From Chlorokybus atmophyticus (Eukaryota; Plantae; Mesostigma and Chlorokybus algae): a DNA stretch of 64,000 bases. A program made the translations under genes and the position numbers. Location of the stretch: contig RHPI01001327.1 of assembly GCA_009103225.1 (NCBI GenBank), forward strand, positions 248,001 through 312,000, read 5' to 3'. Shown piece by piece: positions 11,411 to 19,964 of this stretch; the first letter of the stretch is position 1; every line of letters begins with the position of its first letter. The notes beneath the pieces were generated by a model. The model made no database searches, had not been told where the DNA came from, and saw nothing but the letters and a program-made list of their open reading frames with translations.

Positions 11411-12227
11411 GGCAGCTGGCTGGGTGCTGGACTCGGGTTGCACGAGGCATATGACGGGTGATCGTGAGAAGTTGGCAAAGTACAAGGTCTTGGAGACACG
11501 TATGAAGGTGAAGTTCGGCAAGACGGAGGTGTTCGCGGTTGGTGTAGGAGAAGCCAAAATCCTGTCCCAGGTTGGAGGAATGACGAGGCAAGTGTTGTTG
11601 AGAGAGGTTTCGTATGTCCCAGGGCTAGAGGTTAGCCTATTCTCTGTGCGCATCGCGGCGAGAGTTGGTGCTGTGACAGTGTTTAGTGGGGACATAGGAA
11701 GGATAGTGCTGCGTGGTGTCACAGAGTTGGTTGGCATCAACGTTGGAGGGCTCTACATCATTAAGGAGGTCAAGGGTGCGGACATGCAGAAGAAGACCAA
11801 GGTGGAGGTGTCCAAGTCAGCACCGGTTGTGAAGAAGATGAAGAAGAAGGCCAAGGTCGAGCCTGCTACTCATAAGGGAGCGGGAGCTCAAAAGAAGGTT
11901 ACGAAGAGCGTGTCACATGCGAGTGGTGGAGTCATTCCATGTGTGGAGGTTGCTGGTGGTGTCAAGAAGGCTGAAGGTGCAGTTCCGGAGCCCGTGGGAG
12001 CCAAAGGAGGCGTTGGCATCAGCAAAGACAAGAAGGAGAAGCATGGTGGTGGTGGTGTGCAGGACGTTGCCGAGAGTGAGCACGTGGGAGCACATGCAAA
12101 TGACCATGAGAGTTGCAATAAGGGTGTGCAAGTGAAGAGCTTCAAGGAGGCGCTCATGAGAGGTGCGGGAAGTGTTTTCAAGATGGTTGGAAGAGCAAAG
12201 GATGGCGTGGGAGTTCGTCGCGCATAA
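11358..12227 (+). CDS. Copia aspartic protease ORF in the +1 frame relative to gag, followed by a Lys/Val-rich tail; pol truncated
   Basis: Reads IAFHATTNGEAAGWVLDSGCTRHMTG, ends its recognisable part at GGLYIIKE, and has no integrase DDE, RT YVDD or RNase H motif before the 3' LTR. Confidence 0.88.
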   Translation, partial: RDVLQETPIAFHATTNGEAAGWVLDSGCTRHMTGDREKLAKYKVLETRMKVKFGKTEVFAVGVGEAKILSQVGGMTRQVLLREVSYVPGLEVSLFSVRIAARVGAVTVFSGDIGRIVLRGVTELVGINVGGLYIIKEVKGADMQKKTKVEVSKSAPVVKKMKKKAKVEPATHKGAGAQKKVTKSVSHASGGVIPCVEVAGGVKKAEGAVPEPVGAKGGVGISKDKKEKHGGGGVQDVAESEHVGAHANDHESCNKGVQVKSFKEALMRGAGSVFKMVGRAKDGVGVRRA

Positions 12228-13908
12228 GTACGCAAGGAGTTGGCATCGAAGGTGTTAAAGGCCAAGCTGCCCGCGTGGGAGTGTTGAGGATATTCTTGTA
12301 TCCGGTCAGCTTGCCCTGTGGATAAGAATAGCCGCGAGAAGATTCAAGCGCGAGAAGGTGCCAGTTGAGAAAGGTTCAGGCGAGGATTTCAGTCGAGAAG
12401 GTTCCAGGCGCGGAGTCGAGTCCGGAGTCTAGAGACTTCCAGGCGCTGTAGAAGAAACGTTGTAGCTCGATGGTTACGTCATTGTATGGCGCGTGTCATA
12501 GCTTTTTGGAAAGCTCTTGAAAGTAGCTACGTGGTGCAACTTAGAGCACAGGAATCGGTTGATCGTAGAAGTCGTGGTGGCTTCTAGAGTAGACAGGTGC
12601 AGAACTGGCGGGTATAAAAGCCCGCGGTGTGACTTTGTTGTAATCCTTAGAAAGCCTTATTGGATCAGCCTTGTGTGTATGCTCTGGTAGAGTGTGTGTA
12701 CTTGTGCTTGCACCAACTCCATGCATGGTCAGTAGTGTCCGAATCTCAACAAAAAGCCTAGATGCGCAACGCGCTCCAAAGTAAGTCACAGGCACTATTC
12801 TAGCCTGGTGCAGGCTCAACTTGAACTATCTATTTCGTGGCTAATGTCTTGTCGGTATGACTGTCGCAGACAAGTCATGGCGGAGATTTGAGGTGACCGA
12901 CATTGCAGACCCGGAGCGGAGGAGATACATCCATGTATGGGGCAATCCCATAATCTGGCAAATGATTGTGCAATGCTGGTCTTACGCCGTCACTACACCT
13001 GGTCGCCGGCAGCTGACAGTCAACCACCTCGCATACCTGTTGCTTACGGTGAGCACTCTGAACTCCAGCATTAGAAATCCAGGAATGCTGTAGCCCCAAA
13101 CTACAGGCTTGCAGACGCGTTGCAGTGAATAGTGGCTTTCGATGCCACTAAGACATGCCTGTAAACTACGCAGGTGGAGCGCATCCTAAAGGGCAAGGAT
13201 GGAGACCCTCTCCTAGCTGCCAGCATAGACACACATGAAGAGTACCTCAGCGAAATCAACACCATGATCATGTCAATGAAGCGGGAGATGAGGCAACGGT
13301 ACGCAGCCCTCCAGCCATTCACCCTTGTGAAACGCCGCACTGCATCTTGTGTCGAATACCTGAAAGATCCCAATCGGCGCCGGCCGCAAGAGACAGCAGC
13401 TCGTGACCCGCTCGCTGAGGCAGAAGCGGCATTTGATCGGCTGGCACAACCGTTTGAGGAGGAAGAGCAAGCTCCGGCGTCTCCTCCACAGGCCCCAGTG
13501 CGTGGTGCTTTGTTCCGTAATGACGAGCAAAGCGATGATGGAGAGGAGCTGTAGCGCAGTTGGTAGTCCGTTTAGCTGGTAGTGTACATAGCTACAAGGC
13601 TCTTGTAACTGAGTGTTGTGCATCTTAAACCAGCTCAGTCAATCGTCATTATGCTCATGCACATTCATACTTGCATCCCTATGATATACAACAGAAACAG
13701 CATCTGAATCACATAATCGAACTACAAGCCTTGGCAAGTGACTGAGAGACACTGTACACATTTCAGGTACATGTACACAGCACAGGCACATAACAATGCT
13801 GGAAGTCAGTGACAATCGCGTGTAGTCAAGCTATGCAAATACATATGAGGACAGTTGGGCATTAATCACCTTCATTTGTTAAAGAATGCATTATTTTGTC
13901 GATAATTA

Positions 13909-14280
13909 CCTAGTTGGTGCTTGTTAATTAGGCTTGGTCGCCTGCGCTGGACCGGTGTGTAACTTGCAGGTGCCTGTCACATAGGCTGAGTCACCTAAGT
14001 AAGACTAATGTTTAACTTACAGGTGCCCGTTGATTAGTTGTAGTCATCTAATAAGGCCTGATGTGTAACAAACAGTTGCCTGTAAATTACACAAAGTCAT
14101 TTGTTGAGGCCTGGTGTGTGACTAACAGGTGCCTGTTAATTATATAAAGTCACCTGTTAAGGCCTGACAGGTAACTGACAGGCGCCTGTTCGTTGGGCAT
14201 AGTCAACTGTTAAAGACTAAATTGTAACAAAAAGGGCCTGATAGTAATGAAAGTTACTATTAGGTCCCTGTATCAAGATT
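13909..14280. repeat. Degenerate tandem array of about seven 53-bp units with ACAGGTGCCTGT-like palindromic core
   Basis: Units start at 13909, 13962, 14015, 14068, 14121, 14174 and 14227, with exact 53-nt spacing. Confidence 0.8.
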
Positions 14281-15140
14281 ACAGGTGGCATGAGCCACGA
14301 CAGTCCAAATTAGTGTCCTCAGGTGCACGGCCGTTGCCAATATTTAGTCGGCCGGCAGGGAAAACATATTGCGACGTCCTCGGCAGCTGCCCACTCAGCT
14401 GGGGAATTATCTCAGGGATTTATTAGGGTCGGTTACCGGTCCCACAGCCAAGGACCGGCCAAATTAAGCCCATACCGGTCAACGCGCGCATAGGGCACCG
14501 CTGCCGGCCCCACAGGTCGCGTTGCCACGATAGGCAGGTCGCGCCCAGCCGCGCCGACTGAACTGGTCAGTTCGGCGCAACTGCCATTAGGCAATTCGCG
14601 ACCCATCGATGATGGCACTTATTGTTGATATTCGGACACTACTGACCATGCATGGAGTTGGTGCAAGCATAAGTACACACACTCTACCAGAGCATACACA
14701 CAAGGCTGATCCAAAAGGCTTTCTAAGGATTACAACAAAGCCACACCGCGGGCTTTTATACCCGCCAGCTCTGCACCTGTCTACTCTAGAAGCTACCACG
14801 ACTTCTACACTCAACCGATTCCTGCGCTCTAAGTTGCACCACGTAGCTACTTTTAAAAGCTTTGCAACAAGCTATGACACGCGCCATACAATGACGACCG
14901 AGCTACAACGTTTCTTCTACAGCGCCTGGAAGTCTCCAGACGCCGGACTCGACTTCGCGCCTGGAACCTTCTTGACTGAAGTCCTCGCCTGGACCTTTCT
15001 CGACTGGCACCTTCTCGCGCCTGAATCTTCTCGCGGCTATTCTTATCCGCAGGGCAAGCTGACCGGATACAAGAATATCCTCAACACTCCCACACGGGCA
15101 GCTTGGCCTTTAACACCTTCGATGCCAACTCCTTGCGTAC

Positions 15141-16010
15141 TTATGCGCGACGAACTCCCACGCCATCCTTTGCTCTTCCAACCATCTTGAAGACACTTCT
15201 AGCACCTCTCATGAGCGCCTCCTTGAAGCTCTTTACTTGCACACCCTTATTGCAACTCTCATGGTCATTTGCATGTGCTCCCACGTGCTCACTCTCAGCA
15301 ACGTCCTGCACACCACCACCACCATGCTTCTCCTTCTTGTCCTTACTGATGCCAACGCCTCCTTTGGCTCGCACGGGCTCCAGAACTGCACCTTCAGCCT
15401 TCTTGACACCACCAGCAACCTCCACACGTGGAATCACTCCACCACTCGCATGTGACACGCTCTTCGTCACCTTCTCTTGAGCTCCCGCTCCCTTATAAGT
15501 AACAGGCTCGACCTTGGCCTTCTTCTTCATCTTCTTCACAACCGGTGCTGACTTGGACACCTCCACCTTGGTCTTCTTGTGCATGTCCGCACCCTTGACC
15601 TCCTTAATGATGTAGAGCCCTCCAACGTTGATGCCAACCAACTCTGTGACACCACGCAGCACTATCCTTCCTATGTCCCCACTAAACACTGTCACAGCAC
15701 CAACTCTCGCCGCGATGCGCACAGAGAATAGGCTAACCTCTAGCCCTGGGACATACAAAACCTCTCTCAACAACACTTGCCTCGTCATTCCTCCAACCTG
15801 GGATAGGATCTTCGCTTCTCCTACACCAACTGCGAGCACCTCCGTCTTGCCGAACTTCACGTTGATTGGCTTCTCCAAGACCTTGTACTTTGCCAACTTC
15901 TCACGATCACCCGTCATATGCCTCGTGCAACCCGAGTCCAGCACCCAGCCAGCTGCCTCACCGTTCGTTGTTGCATGAAAGGCAATAGGCGTCTCTTGTA
16001 ATACGTCCCG
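15141..16010 (-). CDS. Copia protease ORF, copy 2 (+1 frame, pol truncated)
   Basis: WVLDSGCTRHMTG; the ORF has the same length and stop position as in copy 1. Confidence 0.85.
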   Translation of the reverse strand, partial: RDVLQETPIAFHATTNGEAAGWVLDSGCTRHMTGDREKLAKYKVLEKPINVKFGKTEVLAVGVGEAKILSQVGGMTRQVLLREVLYVPGLEVSLFSVRIAARVGAVTVFSGDIGRIVLRGVTELVGINVGGLYIIKEVKGADMHKKTKVEVSKSAPVVKKMKKKAKVEPVTYKGAGAQEKVTKSVSHASGGVIPRVEVAGGVKKAEGAVLEPVRAKGGVGISKDKKEKHGGGGVQDVAESEHVGAHANDHESCNKGVQVKSFKEALMRGARSVFKMVGRAKDGVGVRRA

Positions 16011-16815
16011 TCATGGCATGATGCTTCTCTCCACCACGCTCCTCTTCGTGCTGCTTCCTCATCGAGCAATGCACCCTAATGTGGCCCTTCTTCCCGCAAT
16101 AGTAGCAGACCCTGTCACTCCTGGACGCTTCACCACCACTACCACCGCCACCATCACCACTGAAACGCCCAGACCCATGCTGAAAACGATCAGTACCTCT
16201 TCCTGAAGTCGCTGAGAAAGCCGTCGCCTCCGGGCCTTCCTCATGCTTCTTCGCGAGCCTTGATTCCACCTGCAGCAATCTTGGAACCACCTCGTCCACC
16301 GTGGGTTCTGCCTCCAAGCCCTCCAAGATCGTGATCACCGTGTCATAGTCTTCAGGCAACCCAGACAGTACTTGCCACACCAACTCGGACTCCTTCACCT
16401 CATAGCCAACGCCTTGAAGGTCCTTCTGCAACTCTCGTGCACGCGACACATACTTGGTAATAGGCTCCGCTGCTCCTTGCTTCTTCAACCCAGCAAGCTC
16501 TCTCTTCAGCTGCACCTTGCTAGCGCTATTCTTCGCCTTGAAGTGCGATGCCAACTTCTTCCAAGCTTCTCGTGCAGTCTTGCAGCCGTCCACCAACACC
16601 AAGTGATGGTCCTTCACGTTGAGACCGATCAGGGCAAGCGCTCTCCCACTTTGTTGCTTCCACACCGTGCTCTGCCTCATGGGATCCGCTTCCTCCGTAT
16701 CCACGTACTCCCATAGGTCTTTGTGCACCAGCAACATCTTCATGCGCACGCTCCATGTGTTGTAGTTGTCCACGTCCAAAGGCTCCACGGTCACCTTGTC
16801 GTAGTTGGTTGCCAT
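15958..16815 (-). CDS. gag: Copia Gag, copy 2
   Basis: Differs from copy 1 Gag at two residues seen by eye (KQH/KQQ, GGGAS/GGEAS). Confidence 0.93.
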   Translation of the reverse strand: MATNYDKVTVEPLDVDNYNTWSVRMKMLLVHKDLWEYVDTEEADPMRQSTVWKQQSGRALALIGLNVKDHHLVLVDGCKTAREAWKKLASHFKAKNSASKVQLKRELAGLKKQGAAEPITKYVSRARELQKDLQGVGYEVKESELVWQVLSGLPEDYDTVITILEGLEAEPTVDEVVPRLLQVESRLAKKHEEGPEATAFSATSGRGTDRFQHGSGRFSGDGGGGSGGEASRSDRVCYYCGKKGHIRVHCSMRKQHEEERGGEKHHAMTGRITRDAYCLSCNNER

Positions 16816-19800
16816 CTTCCAGGACTCACCCAACCTCACAAGACTTAGCTAGAACTCCTTGCCTAGCCTACTGCCGTTATCACGCCTCTAGACACTTGCT
16901 AGACCAGCGTAGTGTGGGCCCATAACCTGTTGAGATTCGGACACTACTGACCATGCATGGAGTTGGTGCAAGCACAAGTACACACACTCTACCAGAGCAT
17001 ACACACAAGGCTGATCCAAAAGGCTTCTAAGGATTACAACAAAGTCACACGGCGGGCTTTTATACCCGCCAGTTCTGCACCTGTCTACTCTAGAAGCCAC
17101 CACGACTTCTACACTCAACCGATTCCTGCGCTATAAGTTGCACCACGTAGCTACTTTCAAGAGCTTTCCAACAAGCTATGACACGCGCCATACAATGACG
17201 TAACCACCGAGCTACAACGTTTCTTCTACAGCGCCTGGAAGTCTCCAGACTCCGGACTCGACTCCGCGCGTGGAACCTTCTCGACTGAAGTCCTCGCCTG
17301 GACCTTTCTCGACTGGCACCTTCTCGCGCCTGAATCTTCTCGCGGCTATTCTTATCCACAGGGCAAGCTGACCGGATACAAGAATATCCTCAACACTTAT
17401 GACCATTTACGATGTTACTGGATCGAGAAACAACGACCGCGGAATTCGTGTGCAAGGTAGGAATTGAACCCGGGTCTCAAGCTCTAATACCAATGTCACA
17501 GCCCACTTGACCACAAAAGACTTGGTGCTTTTATGGTCGATGTGTGGTAAAATAATGTACCTTCCCGTTACATTCCCCCCCACTTAAGAACGCTGACGTC
17601 CTCGGCAGCTGCCCGCTCAGCTGGGGAACTACCCAAGGGGTTTGTTAGGGTCGGTCATCGGCCCCACAGCCAAGGACCGGCCAATTTAGGCTTGAACCGG
17701 TCAGCGCGCGCATAGCGCGCCGGTACTGGCCCCACAGGTCGCGTCTCCGCGATAGGCAGGTCGCGCCCTGCCGCGCCAACTGAACTGGTCAGTTCGGCGC
17801 GACTGCCATTAGGCAAGTCGCGACCCATCGATGATGGCACTTATAAAGTGACCATTTACGATGTTATTGGATCGAGAAACAACGACCGCGGAATTCGTGT
17901 GCAAGGCAGGAATCGAACTCGGGTCTCAAGCTCCGATGACCAATATCACAACCCACTTGACCACAAAAGACTTGGTGCTTTTATGGTCGATTTGTGGTTA
18001 CTTATTGTACCTTCCCGTTACAGACACGGCGGAAACCGCGCTAACACTGAAGCTGCGTCGTCAAGGAGTGCCCAACTTGAATACCTTGGTGGGAGCACCA
18101 CTGAAGACTCGCCAAGGGTGGATGTTCAAGCGGAACGACATCATGAAGTAAATGGCGCCTCCTCACTAAACATTACATGGCATTTGCTGTATTAGTTGCA
18201 ACTAGGTTCCCCAGCATAAACCCGAATAGGTTCATGATTCATGCATGTTTTGCAAATAAAAGCGCCTGCCCCACACAAAGCCAAACACATAGTAACAATA
18301 TGTGCGACATATAACATTAAAAGCGAAAAACATCATCTGTAATCAAATCTGCCGCACAACTACACGGCTACAACTGATAACAACAAAAATTTAAAGTAAC
18401 CTCGCTACTAAGGCGGAGGACTACCCTCCTCCGACTCCTCCTCGTGCTCCGGCTCCGAGGGGTCCACCTCCACATCCGGCGGATCCACCTCCTCCAGGAT
18501 CTCCTCGATCTCTTCCTACCGCCGCTGCACTCCTCGTCACCTACAACGTCATGCTGCTTCATCGTCCTCCGATGAAGGCGGAGACTCAAATGTCTCTGCT
18601 TCTTCGGGGGGCTTCTGGCCGCGGTCGAGCGCCCGCTGCCGGCGACGTGCTTTCGCGACGCACTGACGCTCTTTGCGGATGCGGCGCTTCTCTTTGAGCT
18701 TCGCTTTCATGATGCGACGGCGGTTGACAACAGTGTTGATGTGCCGTGGGTCATGGGCTTGCCGCTTGTGAAAGTCGACGGTGCCGGGGTTCAAGGAATC
18801 CCTGCGGAAGACCTTGCTCAGGTCACTGTCATTCTTTATGATTGTGACCCGACGACCATGAAGAGCAAGCAGGTTCCTGCATCATAACATATTATCATTG
18901 ACACAACATGTCAAGCATCAATCATAAAACGCCTGCCACCAAAAACAAGCACACAACTCAACTTACATGTCCTGCATGTATTTGGTGACAAACATCTCCC
19001 CAGCTTCCTGAAGTGCATTCAAGGCTTCAGCCCTCCAGCGGAAGGTGGGTGTGTGAAACACGTCAGCTGCAACACCGCTTCAGTATATATGCAATAAAAC
19101 CAATTCAATTACAAATTACATATCGTATTTCCTCGTCAGCAAGAAGAGCAATAACACATCCGCGCACAACTTTGCAAAAAGACAACTTAGGGATGATCGG
19201 AGCGGTGCTCTTCTGCATCTGCCGAATTTCGCGCAGAGGTTGCGTAACGCGTGGCCTGCATGACCACCCAAATTACCAAAACGTACATATCAAAACATAT
19301 GTTAGGACAATTGCTTACTTGCGGCGAGGACGCGCGGGAGGCGCAACCGGCAAGGCTTGATCATGTGCGACAATTGCACCTGCGCCAGCGGGTGCAGCGG
19401 CGGCAATAACAAACCGCCCACCAGGACCCCGAGGACGCGGGTAAGCACCATCGACGCGACGACTGCACTGCTTCGTGCGTGCCATCGCCAATTCCTACAA
19501 ACCTGCCCCAAACTACTCTCAAGCACTATAATACACAACAGCAGCGACGCAACAACAACTCAGCAGAGCTCAAAGACGTTTCAGAAATATAAATGCGCCA
19601 CACGACCCAAAAGAAACACATATGAGCCGCCCAAACGTCGAGGCGGTTTCGCCTGCACAATCGGTTGCCAATTGGCCTACGAAACTGTCTGTGGAGCCGT
19701 CACCATCCTAACCCTAAAAGTGCCATTTCACAACCAGGATATGCCGATAACCGTACCAAGTAAACACGATCGATGCTAATGTGCATGACCGCGGTTAACA

Positions 19801-19878
19801 AACACATGTACAGGCGGGCAATGAGCATCACCGCTGGTTGTAACTTGTAAATATGATAACCAAGTGCATAGTAACAGA

Positions 19879-19916
<38 letters not shown>

Positions 19917-19925
19917 GTACAACTG

Positions 19926-19962
<37 letters not shown>
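19879..19962. repeat. (CTA)n microsatellite
   Basis: Near-perfect CTA run with one interruption. Confidence 0.95.

Positions 19963-19964
<2 letters not shown>

Larger units (their letters stand above)
9971..12751 (+). mobile_element. Non-autonomous Ty1/Copia LTR retroelement, copy 1 (Gag + protease, no IN/RT/RH)
   Basis: LTRs at 9971-10439 and 12282-12751 (TGTTG...CAACA, about 15 differences by eye). 5-bp TSD AAAAG at 9966-9970 and 12752-12756. PBS GGTTATGGGCCCA follows the 5' LTR and a short GTGGGAG purine tract precedes the 3' LTR. Confidence 0.95.
8941..13554 (+). pseudogene. Multi-exon orphan gene interrupted by Copia copy 1
   Basis: GT-AG bounded exon-like segments (about 9310-9411, 9477-9570, 9633-9829, 9932-9970 joined to 12757-12780, 12814-13050, 13174-13554) ending in an acidic tail. 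In-frame stops: TGA 9483-9485 and TAA 12842-12844. The exact splice model is not fully resolved. Confidence 0.5.
1..14372. mobile_element. Putative large multi-gene Plavaka-type DNA transposon (left end outside window; right end near 14.3 kb)
   Basis: Transposase plus four neighbouring non-housekeeping genes, four of the five carrying stops compatible with C-to-T change. The block ends in a 53-bp repeat array resembling subterminal repeats and an abrupt junction with a truncated TRIM at about 14372. Boundaries and TIRs are not demonstrated. Confidence 0.5.
14623..17395 (-). mobile_element. Non-autonomous Ty1/Copia LTR retroelement, copy 2
   Basis: LTRs at 17395-16928 and 15086-14623. TSD CTTAT at 14618-14622 and 17396-17400. 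Same PBS and ORF layout as copy 1. Confidence 0.95.
14373..18022 (-). mobile_element. Tandem TRIM (LTR-internal-LTR-internal, 3' end truncated), interrupted by Copia copy 2
   Basis: Two 79-bp LTRs TGTAAC...GTGA(C/T)A at 18022-17944 and 17572-17494. Each is followed by an iMet-type PBS variant (TGGTATTAGAGC at 17492-17481; TGGTCATCGGAGC). A PPT (GTGGGGGGGAA) precedes the second LTR. Period is 450 bp and the internal region is non-coding and hairpin-rich. The second internal copy continues at 14622-14373. Confidence 0.8.

Noticed and set aside
155-12844. Alternative genetic code explaining in-frame TAG/TAA/TGA
   Set aside because: All three stop types occur as lesions only in TE-associated genes, and host genes terminate normally at TAA, TAG and TGA.
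13909-14280. CRISPR-like array
   Set aside because: Whole units are degenerate copies with no identical repeat and unique spacer structure, there are no cas genes, and the context is eukaryotic.
17440-17520. True tRNA gene
   Set aside because: A and B boxes are present, but I found no acceptor-stem pairing or anticodon stem, and the sequence is embedded in an LTR-PBS junction.
18368-19560. Basic/acidic minus-strand ORF fragments
   Set aside because: Possibly a decayed gene, but no consistent splice model or motif could be supported.
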